A DNA stretch of 64,000 nucleotides, taken from positions 4,752 through 68,751 of the forward strand of contig CAVFGR010000002.1 in assembly GCA_963622135.1 (NCBI GenBank). Direction: 5' to 3'. The translations under genes and the position numbers were made by a program. Below the pieces are notes generated by a model. The model did no database searches. It was not told where the DNA came from and was given only the letters and a program-made list of their open reading frames with translations. The stretch is from a bacterium (GTDB lineage Bacteria; Bacillota_I; Bacilli_A; RFN20; CAG-826). Below are positions 19,201 to 28,049 of the stretch, piece after piece. Every line of letters starts with the position of its first letter. Position 1 is the first letter of the stretch.

Positions 19201-19556
19201 GGATCGAACAATCCGTAGTAAGACATCGAACCGATGTTGTCCCCGCCTAAATAAATGGCAGGATCATACATCGTGAAATGGCCGGTTCTAAAGAACTCAT
19301 GCCAAACGTCCCAATAGTGATAATAAAATTCAACATATTGGCTCATATAGTCCCAACCGTAAAGTTGGGTGCCATAGTTTGCGACAAGCGAAAAGCCCAT
19401 CCAGCAAAAGCCAACAAGAACCACTAAAACGCCGAAATAGAAAAGCGAACGCCAATCAAATAAGAAAGGCATGTGCTTCTTAAACCAAGCCGAAGCTTTT
19501 TTAGCTTCTTTTTGTTTTCGAAGCTCGCCCAATGTCGTCGTTTCTTGTTCTTCCAT
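16236..19556 (-). CDS. YfhO-family polytopic membrane glycosyltransferase-like protein (about 1106 aa)
   Basis: About 13 N-terminal TM helices, a large extracytoplasmic Tyr/Asn-rich domain, and one C-terminal TM plus a basic tail. I prefer ATG 19556, which has an AAGGA SD and lies 4 nt after the upstream stop. The ORF track extends to 19619. Confidence 0.7.
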   Translation of the reverse strand: MEEQETTTLGELRKQKEAKKASAWFKKHMPFLFDWRSLFYFGVLVVLVGFCWMGFSLVANYGTQLYGWDYMSQYVEFYYHYWDVWHEFFRTGHFTMYDPAIYLGGDNIGSMSYYGLFDPFVFLNVLFPRSWVPQMTAIFTVLKATCAAFGMRAYLKYMGVRESTSRIGALAYAFSGFVNFFVGFPSFVSAVVFIPIILLGIEKVIKEKKIATLVWSLALLGIVSFFFLVVMCVWGVIYSLWRFFWTIKQRKAKDSWAVLGLGVASFILGLMLCSWSLLPSIRQSALSGRGQSIAYLYLQDLLNAFKTFDVKRVFARLFEMVGDHPGREIMGIVSFFYPTCNYLWLPLYGGGASTGYDAWTSSLFIYTPMIIFFVYELINNVRKRDWEHIISFVLCSYCVLTIFAYFFSFAFTGDGYGRWYIILIPLLIRQACRGMDHRKEAPKWQLPVASSIVAVATLLTFFMVKWVLQDKTFENTNYMTYWQKTYNIPAYVTRNGDKYTTLWLSIYQMCLVVVESVVIYFTNNRKCFKNLMTAFVAVEIVVCGNISFLYGSSYNYGKYFNGGYDNKKYSTTTATQLTEAFQYVTKEYDTDTLYRAYADYPAQKNMNYAMGYNGTTPWSSLFNYSVLDFSHYSHVIENEYSNGTPYGKKNVSSRWSGYYNNKRFSFDLNTGIKYYAIVYEDTGMGDLWDNDDFKYNVPFGSKCVFKNDKFRIYENPYHIELGRAVDGVFKENAVDKYLDDGTIDTNHLNHSDFYRARYGVSGYQEIVTNEEAYFNGAIVKDDAIIPEGIDVLTTPSFSGVPFKNLTSSLRSRVFENVPGYGFNYKDPGAFLVDSSYNVYESSYHSPYSGESFNGTYYNSGPLNDGKLVWSLGSGDPYMNEDPNGAYFLMAYDNKNISRIYMIGDTFNEDGTIKKQNTILNYEYHAFDNVNSQISGSYSGLFGIYAEGRVRQIVFSKKNGESGVSPTPFLLVQEKCDFDAKYASLTDSDHLLTDVEYINSDHFRAKSNFSKSKAVVTTLGYDAGWKVVARTKGASGEYIETELPTSKMNGGFVGFFAPEGEIEYELTYVTPYVKGGIALSAAAGVIFFGYEITLFAVRLRKRRKEII

Positions 19557-19560
19557 GGTT

Positions 19561-20340
19561 TTATCCTTGGATTTCTTTTTCCTCAGTATGGATTGGCTCT
19601 GGCGAAGAGATGCCGACAACGTCGCTTAATGGCAAGGAAAAGGCGATTCCTTGTCCTTTGGTACCGAAACCAACGGCGTTGTTGATGGCCAACAAAACAT
19701 CATCCCTGATGTCATTTGGCACCAAAATCATAACGATTTTCTTTTCCGGGGTTATAACCACGCCATAAAACTTCTCGATTTCTTTGTTTCCGGTTCCGCG
19801 GCCGTTGATAATCGTGCCGCCTCTGGCTCCGGCCGCTCTTGAAGCGGACATGACCAAATCGGTATAGCCATCATTGACGATGGCGAATATCGCCTCATAC
19901 CCTAAAGTTTGTTCCATCTCCACTTCCTCCTTTTGATCGATGCCGTTTCTGGCATTGGTGAGATATTTGTAAGTTGATAAACCGGCTAATCTTGTAAGTG
20001 GGGCAATCCACGCAATGCCGGAAGACAATCTGCTCGCTTTGAACCTAGCGGCCAAGTCTTCCTTCAACGAGGCCCACTGGCTAAGTCTAACAAAGGAACA
20101 AACAACATCCTTTTGCTCATCCCCGACGCCAAGGACGCTATAGAAATCGTTCGTATACGTACCTTGCCCATGCAGGATAAACGATGTGGCGGATTCATGC
20201 TTGTTCAGGATGTTGATAATCGAACTGGCAAGGCCGCTGTTCACAACCGTCATTGTGAAGCCTAAAGGCATCGTTCCCTGGATGTTTTTCGTTTTGGCGC
20301 TCTCAATTTGAGGCGCGGCGTTCTTTTTCGCTGTGCTCAT
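19561..20340 (-). CDS. Tandem (duplicated) PII-like signal-transduction-fold protein
   Basis: 259 aa with two halves of about 100 aa, each beginning with a beta strand (GFTMTVVNSG.. and YEAIFAIVNDG..). The second half has GARGGTIINGRGTG. ATGA overlap with the upstream DUF1538-like gene. Confidence 0.6.
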   Translation of the reverse strand: MSTAKKNAAPQIESAKTKNIQGTMPLGFTMTVVNSGLASSIINILNKHESATSFILHGQGTYTNDFYSVLGVGDEQKDVVCSFVRLSQWASLKEDLAARFKASRLSSGIAWIAPLTRLAGLSTYKYLTNARNGIDQKEEVEMEQTLGYEAIFAIVNDGYTDLVMSASRAAGARGGTIINGRGTGNKEIEKFYGVVITPEKKIVMILVPNDIRDDVLLAINNAVGFGTKGQGIAFSLPLSDVVGISSPEPIHTEEKEIQG

Positions 20341-21959
20341 TGGGTCACCTCCGTGAAATCAATTAAGACATTGTCGTTTTCTTCAATGAACCTCTTCCTG
20401 GCTTTGTTGTAAACAACCATTCTCTTGATGCCGGCATACAAGCCCATCAATTGAACGACAATCAACGGCATCAAGGCAATCATTGCCACGCAGCCAAACG
20501 CGTCCTCATAGACGTATTCGGCGCCCTTCTCGGCAAAGCAGAAGCCAGTGCAGAACGGCATGACGAAAGTCGATGCCATAGGACCGGAAGCAACACCTCC
20601 AGAGTCAAAGGCCATAGCGGAATACATCTTCGGGACAATGAAGGTCAATCCCAAAGCGATTATATAGCCAGGAATCATGTAATAAAGAATGCTAAATCCG
20701 TAGTGGGAACGAACTAAAGCCAAGGCAACGCCGCCTCCAACAGCCAAAGCCATAACTATCAAAACCAATTTGGATTTGACGGTTCCTTCAGATACCTTTT
20801 CAACTTGCATAACCAAAGAATGGACGGCAGGCTCCGCCAAAGCGCCGAAGACGCCAAGCAAGCCACCAACCAAAACGGCATATGGGAATAGATTCGAATT
20901 TGCGCCAAAGCATCTGCCTAGCTCTTGAGCCACCGGCAAGAAGCCTATCTCAACGAAGGTCATAAATATCACCAAACCGACATAGGCGTAAATCAAACCA
21001 AATAGGATCTTGAATATTTCACGCTTTGGTAATTTGACGAAAACGAAGTTATAGAACAAGAAGAAGGCAGTAATTGGGAGGATGGCTATAGCGGAGTTCT
21101 TGAGTTGGGTTAAAATGCCATGTCCCAATTGCTCAGCAAAGAACGGCCACACAGTTTCCCATTTGTCATAATTAAGCAGGTCTTCAGCATTTAAAGAGGC
21201 AGACCAACTCATCGAATCAACATCAACGAACAAGCCTAAAATCATCGCGGTGATGATTGGGCCAACCGAAGCAAGAGCGGTTAATCCGAAGCCATCTTCG
21301 CCGTTACGGTCGCCGTGGGATTTAGAAGAAGCCAAGCCAACGCCGAAGGCCATGATAAACGGAACGGTGACAGGACCAGTCGTAACGCCGCCGGAGTCAA
21401 AGGCAATAGGCAAGAATTTAGGATTAACGATGCCCGCAAGAGCAAAAACGATAGCGTAGAAAGCCAAGAACAAAACGTTGAGCCTCGCACCTCTTAAAGT
21501 ACGGATAACCCCGAAGACAACGAAAAGGCCAACGCCTAAGGCGATGCAAATGATAAGGACCCATTCATCCATGCCAATTTGTCCAGCCATGGCTTTAAGA
21601 TCAGGCTCAGCGATGGTGATGAGGACGCCGATAATGAAGGTCATTAAGACAATCAGCCACATCTTCTTATGACGGAATAAGGTTTGACCTACGACCTCAC
21701 CTATACGAGACATGGATTTGGTAACGCCGATGTTAAAGAACGTGAGGCCAAATATGAGTCCGACGGCGGAAATCACAAAAGTGACCAGCAATTGAGGGGA
21801 AAAATCTGATTTTGGCAACGCACCGGTCAAATAAACAATGACGATGACTAAAACGATTGGGATGACGGCCAAAGAGCTTTCGAGCAGGCCTTTGAGAATC
21901 TGCTTAGTGGCGCCCCACCATTCTCTTCTTTTTTGTTTTGGATCGATGGTTTTGGTCAT
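20337..21959 (-). CDS. Polytopic membrane protein made of two DUF1538-like repeats
   Basis: 540 aa with an obvious internal duplication (IAFDSGGVTTGPVTVPFIMAFGVGL vs MAFDSGGVASGPMASTFVMPFCTGF). A strong AAGGAG SD lies inside the upstream gene's tail. Confidence 0.6.
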   Translation of the reverse strand: MTKTIDPKQKRREWWGATKQILKGLLESSLAVIPIVLVIVIVYLTGALPKSDFSPQLLVTFVISAVGLIFGLTFFNIGVTKSMSRIGEVVGQTLFRHKKMWLIVLMTFIIGVLITIAEPDLKAMAGQIGMDEWVLIICIALGVGLFVVFGVIRTLRGARLNVLFLAFYAIVFALAGIVNPKFLPIAFDSGGVTTGPVTVPFIMAFGVGLASSKSHGDRNGEDGFGLTALASVGPIITAMILGLFVDVDSMSWSASLNAEDLLNYDKWETVWPFFAEQLGHGILTQLKNSAIAILPITAFFLFYNFVFVKLPKREIFKILFGLIYAYVGLVIFMTFVEIGFLPVAQELGRCFGANSNLFPYAVLVGGLLGVFGALAEPAVHSLVMQVEKVSEGTVKSKLVLIVMALAVGGGVALALVRSHYGFSILYYMIPGYIIALGLTFIVPKMYSAMAFDSGGVASGPMASTFVMPFCTGFCFAEKGAEYVYEDAFGCVAMIALMPLIVVQLMGLYAGIKRMVVYNKARKRFIEENDNVLIDFTEVTQ

Positions 21960-22938
21960 GGTTTCTCCTTTCTGGAACTTTTGGTTTCGCGATATATTCT
22001 GGTTTGGGGTTCCTGACCTTCCAGAACAGTGATTTCATCGAATTCGGCATTTCGGTTTTGAAATCATAAGATTTGCCATTCAATGGATTTGTTAACGCTA
22101 ATTCATAGGCATGCAGACCCAAACGATTGATTGGGTTAACTGGCTCGCCATATTTATCATCGCCGATGACGTGATGGCCGCGATGTCCAAGCTGAACACG
22201 AATTTGGTTTTTCCTTCCGGTTTCAATATCGACATCAAGGAGGGTCAAACCGTTCTTTTCAGCCATCTTTTTGAAATTGGTGATGCAGAGTTTGCCTTCT
22301 TTTTTGTTTTTGGTGACATAGACGAGATGAAGGCTGTTCTCGGTTAAGTAATCTTCGTAACGGCCGGAGTCAGGCATTCCTTCTCCTTCGACCACCGCAT
22401 AATATCCACGTTTCGTGACAATCTCGTTCCAGTGGTTTTGCATAGCTTCACGAACTTCGAAATTCTTAGCGAAGATCAAAACGCCTGAAGTGTCTTCGTC
22501 CAAACGATGGACGACGAAGATGCGGGCGTTTCTGTCTTTCGCGGTCAAATAATCAGACACATAACGATAGGCCGTATGACCTTTTTCTCTATCTGAAGCG
22601 ATAGAAAGCAAACCCGATGGCTTATTGATGGCGATGATGTCGTCGTCTTCATAGATAATGTCTAATTGATGCGGAGCTGCATGCTTCTTGATTTTGTTAT
22701 AAGAAACCAAAACCTCGTCTTCAGGGTAAAGTTTGAAATTGAATAAAGTAATCGGAGCTCCGCCGACAGAAACTTGTTGACCGGCAATGATGTGTCTGGT
22801 GATTGTGTTGGACAATCCCATTTTCGCCATCAAAAAAGGCAGCAAAGTAGTCTCCTCTTTGACGATATAGACCTTAACTTTGCTAGGATCGATCAAACCT
22901 TTTTGGGTTCTGTGTTTCTTGACGTCGTTCCTGTTCAT
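21904..22938 (-). CDS. RluA-family 23S rRNA pseudouridine synthase with S4-like N-terminus and basic C-terminal tail
   Basis: Catalytic motif VHRLDEDTSGVLIFAK and the KNQIRVQL region. A basic extension of about 40 aa overlaps the next gene by 56 nt. Confidence 0.85.
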   Translation of the reverse strand: MNRNDVKKHRTQKGLIDPSKVKVYIVKEETTLLPFLMAKMGLSNTITRHIIAGQQVSVGGAPITLFNFKLYPEDEVLVSYNKIKKHAAPHQLDIIYEDDDIIAINKPSGLLSIASDREKGHTAYRYVSDYLTAKDRNARIFVVHRLDEDTSGVLIFAKNFEVREAMQNHWNEIVTKRGYYAVVEGEGMPDSGRYEDYLTENSLHLVYVTKNKKEGKLCITNFKKMAEKNGLTLLDVDIETGRKNQIRVQLGHRGHHVIGDDKYGEPVNPINRLGLHAYELALTNPLNGKSYDFKTEMPNSMKSLFWKVRNPKPEYIAKPKVPERRNHDQNHRSKTKKKRMVGRH

Positions 22939-22950
22939 GGCGTGATTATA
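22939..22950 (-). promoter_or_regulatory. -10 box TATAAT placed 6 nt from the ATG (candidate leaderless promoter)
   Basis: The minus strand reads tttTATAATcacgccATG. There is no SD-like purine run. Confidence 0.5.
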
Positions 22951-22965
22951 AAATAATCAGCCCAT

Positions 22966-23814
22966 TTAATCACTAAGAAGATACTTTTTAAGCTCCGGCA
23001 AAATTGATTTTGCCGTTGATACGCCTAACTCGTACGCGTCACGCAACGTGTCCACGTCTTTGTTCACGATTGAAACATTTAGCGGGTATGGTGGATAAAT
23101 GACAAAAACGCGACCGTTTTTCTCTTCCTCTTCTAAAAGCCCCAAATGCTCATGGTAATTGATGTGACTCTTTTGATATTCATACACGAAGTTTTTGTAT
23201 TTTTTGAATCTTTGGGCAACAACGAATTCTTCTTTTTCGTGTAGGTTCTCAAACCTAAATCCTTTTGGCCTATTGCAAACAGCGACGATTTTCTTTCCTT
23301 CGGACAAAGGCTTAAGGAACGGGATTCTTTCAACGTATCCGCCATCTAAAGCAGGAATATCGCCGACCATTTTTGGTTTTTTGTTGAATATGGCCAATGA
23401 ACAGCTAGCTTCGCAGGCATCCCAAAAACGAGGGTCTTCTTTTGAAACATATAATGGCTTACAAGCATCCAAGTCAGTCGCCACGGCCCAACAACCAATC
23501 TCGCTCTCCATGATGGCTTTCTTATCCAAATCTTTGTTTTTTAGCTCAGAAAAATAGCAACCCAAATCAATCAAGGATCCGCCTTTTATAAACTTCCCAG
23601 GAGTCAGAAGATCTTTGCTTTTAATGTCTAAAAACAATTTGCAGGCCGCACCTTTCTTCTTTTGGACATAATTAATGCCGACCCAGTTTCCGGCTGAACA
23701 ACCATAAACTTCTGAAGCAAAGAGTCCCTCTTCGATCAAAACATCGACAACACCCGCCGCAAAGACCGTGCGTTGGCCTCCTCCTTGAATCGCCAAAACC
23801 CACTCTTTATTCAT
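22966..23814 (-). CDS. Patatin-like phospholipase
   Basis: Oxyanion motif GGGQRTVF, nucleophile elbow GCSAGN, and Asp motif LDGGY. Confidence 0.85.
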   Translation of the reverse strand: MNKEWVLAIQGGGQRTVFAAGVVDVLIEEGLFASEVYGCSAGNWVGINYVQKKKGAACKLFLDIKSKDLLTPGKFIKGGSLIDLGCYFSELKNKDLDKKAIMESEIGCWAVATDLDACKPLYVSKEDPRFWDACEASCSLAIFNKKPKMVGDIPALDGGYVERIPFLKPLSEGKKIVAVCNRPKGFRFENLHEKEEFVVAQRFKKYKNFVYEYQKSHINYHEHLGLLEEEEKNGRVFVIYPPYPLNVSIVNKDVDTLRDAYELGVSTAKSILPELKKYLLSD

Positions 23815-24598
23815 CGTCGTCTCCTATTAAGCCAAAGTGCTTAAGTCCGTAATAAACGCCGTCTTCCGAAACTGATTTGGTGATAAAAGAAGCGGCTTCC
23901 TTCACGTTTTCTCTCGCTTGACCCATACAAACAAAAATCGATGCCGCTTCAAGCATGTCTATATCTTGGCCGCTATCGCCAAAGGCGATTGCCTCATCTT
24001 TTGTGAATTTTAATGTATCCAAGACTACCTGCATTCCTTCGCATTTATGGTGAGCGTATTCCATGACGTCAAAGGTGTTCGTTATATATTCGTTAATGGT
24101 CAATTCCGGGAATTCCCTACGATATTCATCACCTGCGGCAGACGGAGCGAAGAAATTGATTTTCACGACTTGCTCACCGTTATAGGTTCCGAGCTCAGGT
24201 ATTGATTCCTTGAAAAACTCGTAGAAGTGCAAAGACTCTTTGGTCTGAGGGAAAAGCAATGTTCTTTTATATATTCCCACCGTCTCCATCGTATATCCGT
24301 CATCCCCACACTTTTTGATGAATCGTTCAACCAAATCCTTGTTCATGGAGGTTGTTGAAATCAATTCTCCACTTAAGCAAGTGACAGAACCACAGCTCGC
24401 AATCCAGCCGTCAAAAACAATTCCCTGATCGAAGACTCCCAATTTTTCCATCGAATGGTATGGCCTGGCCGTGCAAAGAACGCATTTTACGCCTTTGCTT
24501 TGTATTTCTTTGATAGCGTCCAGGCTCTTTTTCTTCCATTCCTGCTTGGCGTTATCGTACAAGGTGCCATCTATGTCGAAAAAAGCAATTTTTATCAT
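23807..24598 (-). CDS. Cof-type HAD-IIB phosphatase
   Basis: MIKIAFFDIDGTL...GDSGQDIDML. I prefer the internal ATG 24598. The ORF track start 24658 would lie inside the GH2 gene and its terminator. Confidence 0.85.
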   Translation of the reverse strand: MIKIAFFDIDGTLYDNAKQEWKKKSLDAIKEIQSKGVKCVLCTARPYHSMEKLGVFDQGIVFDGWIASCGSVTCLSGELISTTSMNKDLVERFIKKCGDDGYTMETVGIYKRTLLFPQTKESLHFYEFFKESIPELGTYNGEQVVKINFFAPSAAGDEYRREFPELTINEYITNTFDVMEYAHHKCEGMQVVLDTLKFTKDEAIAFGDSGQDIDMLEAASIFVCMGQARENVKEAASFITKSVSEDGVYYGLKHFGLIGDDDE

Positions 24599-24614
24599 CT
24601 TTGTGATTATATCA
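24599..24614 (-). promoter_or_regulatory. Extended -10 TGATATAAT placed 7 nt from the ATG (candidate leaderless promoter)
   Basis: The minus strand reads ttttTGATATAATcacaaagATG, immediately after the GH2 terminator. No SD. Confidence 0.55.
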
Positions 24615-24642
24615 AAAAAGACCTGGAATTTAATTCCAAGTC
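24614..24642 (-). terminator. Rho-independent terminator of the GH2 gene
   Basis: Minus-strand hairpin GACTTGGAAT-TAA-ATTCCAGGTC; the loop is the GH2 stop codon. A T6 run follows. Confidence 0.7.
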
Positions 24643-26339
24643 TTATCAAATTCTTCAAACAAAGCTTTATTAAGCTTTTTCATTTCCTCCGGTTTGACCT
24701 TGATAACCTTTCGATCATATGTGATCAATCCGTTGGTTTCGCCTTCGACGTCCGACCATTGGGTTAGGACGATCACGGATAAGCCTTCTTCGTTGACCAA
24801 AGGGAGCAAATCTTTTAAGAAACACTTTTGATAAGCTTCCAAAAGCTTGTCGGTATTGCCATATTTTCCATACCCAAACCTTTTGGTGGACGGCGAGTGC
24901 CCAGGAACGGCATAGGCAAAGCCACCAAATTCCGACAAGGAGAGAATTCTTCCTTTTTCATTTTTCATCACCGGCTTTTTGAAATAGATATGGTGGCTAT
25001 CGAAGTCGCCCGACTTCGTATCAAACCACCCAGAGGTTGAATCAACAAGCCTTTGGTCATCAAGCAACTTCAAAGCGTTTGTTAGTCTAACTGAATCAAA
25101 TTGACCCCAGCCTTCATTAAAAAGAGTCCACGCGATGATTGAAGGGTGATTATTCAAAAGCCTGACGGTCTTAGTCATATCGATCTCGAATTGTTTTCGC
25201 GACAATTCGTTACCACGCTTCATCAATTTGTAGTCCGTGTCATCGAAATTGAGCTTAAAGAACGGAGCTAAGGCAATGCGCGTCATTGGGATTTTCCCGC
25301 CGGAATTGACCATGTCTTGAATAACAAGAATACCCAATCGATCACATTCATAATACCAACGCGCTGATTCAATTTTTATGTGTTTGCGCAAGGCATTGAA
25401 ACCAAACGATTTAATTAATTCCAGTTCTTTTCCGATGTCTTTTTGAGACAACGGGGTCATGCCAGATTTTGGAGACCAATAGCCTTGGTCTAACAAAGCG
25501 CTTAAGAAAGTTGGCTTGCCATTTAAAGAAACCAAACCAAAGCCGTTTCTTTCTATCTTTTCAACTTTCCTTACACCAAATAATGAATAAACGACGTCTT
25601 TTCCCTTAATGACTTTGACTTTATAAAGATTTGGGGCGTCTGGAGACCATGGATAAAAATCATCAGCGAGATTTAATATCGCTTCACCATAATCGTCCGT
25701 TTTCCCTTTTAAAACGTTTCCGGTCGGAGTCGTGATTTCAACTTTCGCATCTCCGACGTTATGGCCAAGGTCGATGATCACTTTCTTTTTGTCATAGTTA
25801 GCGTTGATATCAATTTTGTCGAATCTAAATCCGTCGGGAAGGTATTCGACATAAACGTTTCCCCATATGCCCGACGTTCCCTTATACCAAATGGTTCCAG
25901 GATTCAAAGTCTGTTTGCCCCTAGCAAAAACATCCGAAGATGTATCGTCTTTGACATGTAATTCAATGATGTCGCCTTTTTTCAAGTGAGGGACAACGAT
26001 AGAAAACGGCCAATATCCGCCTTCATGATGGGTGGCGAAGGTGCCATTCCAATAAACATCGCACACCTGATCGACCGCCTCGAAATAGATTTGAGCTTCC
26101 CGTTCGGCAAATTCATTATCTTCATCAATCGTCAAGCGGTAGTGCATGACGTGGTGACCTTTTACCGTTTTGTTGATCCCGCTCATTTCCGTTTCCGGAG
26201 CGAAAGGAACGAGAATCTTCTTTTTGTATGTGGGCTTCTCACCATTATTGAGGTCAAAATCCCACAAACCGTTCAAAGAAAAGGTGTTTTCCCTCGCGAA
26301 ATATGGGTTAAAAGCGTTTTCTAAACAAACTTTATTCAT
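24630..26339 (-). CDS. Glycoside hydrolase family 2 enzyme (beta-galactosidase/glucuronidase/mannosidase-like)
   Basis: GH2 sugar-binding, Ig-like and TIM-barrel order with acid/base motif WTLFNEGWGQ. I prefer ATG 26339 (MNKVCLEN..). The ORF track start 26405 overlaps the divergent gene. Confidence 0.8.
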   Translation of the reverse strand: MNKVCLENAFNPYFARENTFSLNGLWDFDLNNGEKPTYKKKILVPFAPETEMSGINKTVKGHHVMHYRLTIDEDNEFAEREAQIYFEAVDQVCDVYWNGTFATHHEGGYWPFSIVVPHLKKGDIIELHVKDDTSSDVFARGKQTLNPGTIWYKGTSGIWGNVYVEYLPDGFRFDKIDINANYDKKKVIIDLGHNVGDAKVEITTPTGNVLKGKTDDYGEAILNLADDFYPWSPDAPNLYKVKVIKGKDVVYSLFGVRKVEKIERNGFGLVSLNGKPTFLSALLDQGYWSPKSGMTPLSQKDIGKELELIKSFGFNALRKHIKIESARWYYECDRLGILVIQDMVNSGGKIPMTRIALAPFFKLNFDDTDYKLMKRGNELSRKQFEIDMTKTVRLLNNHPSIIAWTLFNEGWGQFDSVRLTNALKLLDDQRLVDSTSGWFDTKSGDFDSHHIYFKKPVMKNEKGRILSLSEFGGFAYAVPGHSPSTKRFGYGKYGNTDKLLEAYQKCFLKDLLPLVNEEGLSVIVLTQWSDVEGETNGLITYDRKVIKVKPEEMKKLNKALFEEFDKTWN

Positions 26340-26351
26340 AGAATAATCATA
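26340..26351 (-). promoter_or_regulatory. -10 box TATGAT placed 6 nt from the ATG (candidate leaderless promoter)
   Basis: The minus strand reads gttgTATGATtattctATG. No SD. Confidence 0.45.
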
Positions 26352-26396
26352 CAACTTCGACGCATAAGAGTAGAATACCAACGTAGGTAAAAGAAT

Positions 26397-27572
26397 ATGA
26401 CCCAAATAGAAATTGTTAAAAAATATCTAGCTTCAAAAGATTTAGACGCTTGGATTTTGGTCGACTACGAGAATAAAAATCCCGCCGTCGTCAGCTTCTT
26501 AGGAAGGAAAATGTTAACAAGGAAAATCTTTGTTATTGTCCCGAAAGAAGGTAGGCCTTACGTTATTTGTCATTCCATTGACACGGTTTTCCTAAAAGAT
26601 GATGAGAACTTTGATCTTCGTGTATATAAGACGTGGCAAGAGATGCTTGATCTAGAGAAAGAGTCGTTCGCATCATATAAAAAAGTTTGTATGGATGTCT
26701 CTGATGATGGCTTGCTACCACGCGTGGCCCTTGCCGATTATGGCTCCGTTGATTTCATCAAGAAGCTTGGGATCGAGGTGGTTTCCTCGGGTGATATCCT
26801 TCAAAAATTAACAGCGACCTTAGACGACGAAGCCAAGGAACTTCAAAGAGAGGCCAACAAAAAGGTCTTGGCCATAAAAGACGAGGCCTTTAAGAAAATC
26901 GCGTCAGATATCAAAAAGAACGGAAAGTCCAACGAATACGAGGTTCAGCAATTTATTTGCAAACGTTTCAAAGAAGAAGGCATGACTTGGGACGATGATC
27001 CAATTGTCGCCATCGGGCCAAATGCCTCCAACCCTCATTATGGTCCTAGCTTAGAAAAGAACGACGATATCCATGAAGATGATTTGGTTCTCATTGATAT
27101 GTGGGCGAAGATGGACGCTCCAAAAGGGGTTTATTCAGACATCACTTGGATGGGATATGTCGGTGAAGAGGTCCCTGAAGTTTATGAAGCGAGATTCCAA
27201 ATCCTTAAAAAGGATGTAGACCTATGTGTTGAATTTCTTAAAAAGAACATCGGTAAACGCACGGTTTCCGGTTATGAAGTGGATGATGTTTCCCGCAACT
27301 ACATCAATGAGCAAGGATATGGCGAATATTACACCCATCGCGTCGGTCATAGCATCGCTATCGATGTCGGCCCCCATGGCTGCGGGGTCAACATGGACAA
27401 TTACGAAACCCACGACTTTAGAGAAATCATTCCTAACGTCTGTTTCTCTTTGGAACCTGGGATATACGCGCCAGACTTCGGAATGAGAAGCGAGACCAAC
27501 GTCTTAATCGACGGCGATCAGGTTATTGTTGTTGCCGGAAGGCAAGATCACATCATTCCAATTCTTAAATAA
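26397..27572 (+). CDS. M24-family metallopeptidase (Xaa-Pro aminopeptidase-like)
   Basis: Pita-bread fold metal ligands (DLVLIDMW, HRVGHSIAID, SLEPGIY, SETNVLI). TAGAAT lies at 26371..26376, about 20 nt upstream. Confidence 0.85.
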   Translation: MTQIEIVKKYLASKDLDAWILVDYENKNPAVVSFLGRKMLTRKIFVIVPKEGRPYVICHSIDTVFLKDDENFDLRVYKTWQEMLDLEKESFASYKKVCMDVSDDGLLPRVALADYGSVDFIKKLGIEVVSSGDILQKLTATLDDEAKELQREANKKVLAIKDEAFKKIASDIKKNGKSNEYEVQQFICKRFKEEGMTWDDDPIVAIGPNASNPHYGPSLEKNDDIHEDDLVLIDMWAKMDAPKGVYSDITWMGYVGEEVPEVYEARFQILKKDVDLCVEFLKKNIGKRTVSGYEVDDVSRNYINEQGYGEYYTHRVGHSIAIDVGPHGCGVNMDNYETHDFREIIPNVCFSLEPGIYAPDFGMRSETNVLIDGDQVIVVAGRQDHIIPILK

Positions 27573-27579
27573 GCAAAAA

Positions 27580-27609
27580 GAAAAGAGAGGCTATTAGGTC
27601 TCTCTTTTC
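27580..27609. terminator. Bidirectional terminator hairpin between the convergent M24 and hsp20 genes
   Basis: GAAAAGAGAG-gctattaggt-CTCTCTTTTC: a 10-bp stem flanked by A and T runs on both sides. Confidence 0.7.
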
Positions 27610-27633
27610 CTTAATATAGGAGGGCACGGAAGG

Positions 27634-28026
27634 TTATTTGATGTCGATGCGATGAGACGCTTCAACCTTTGGCTGCTCTTTCGGGAAACGAATGGCAAGG
27701 ATGCCGTTTTCGAAGTTGGCCGAAATGGTCTTTTCATCGACTTCGCCAATACGATAGCTGCGCGAACCGCTCATATAAGTGCGTTCCTTAAGCGCGTATT
27801 TTTTGTCTTTCTTTTCCTCTTTGTGGGAAACAGAGACGGTGAGATATTCGTTTTTATATTCGATATTGACGTCTTCTTTCTTGATTCCCGGAAGTTCGAC
27901 ATCAATGGCATATTCGTTTCCGTCTTCGTATATGTCGCTTCTCATCGTCAAAGGCGCTTCATCTGAGAAGAAGTCCTGAAGTAAGTCGTAAGGTAAGTAA
28001 GAATTGTTTCTGCAAGTAAGATACAT
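27634..28026 (-). CDS. Hsp20/alpha-crystallin small heat-shock protein
   Basis: Alpha-crystallin domain (DIYEDGNEYAIDVELPGIKKEDVNIEY...GILAIRFPK). AAAGGAG Shine-Dalgarno. Confidence 0.9.
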   Translation of the reverse strand: MYLTCRNNSYLPYDLLQDFFSDEAPLTMRSDIYEDGNEYAIDVELPGIKKEDVNIEYKNEYLTVSVSHKEEKKDKKYALKERTYMSGSRSYRIGEVDEKTISANFENGILAIRFPKEQPKVEASHRIDIK

Positions 28027-28049
28027 AAGAATCTCCTTTCAATTGGTTT

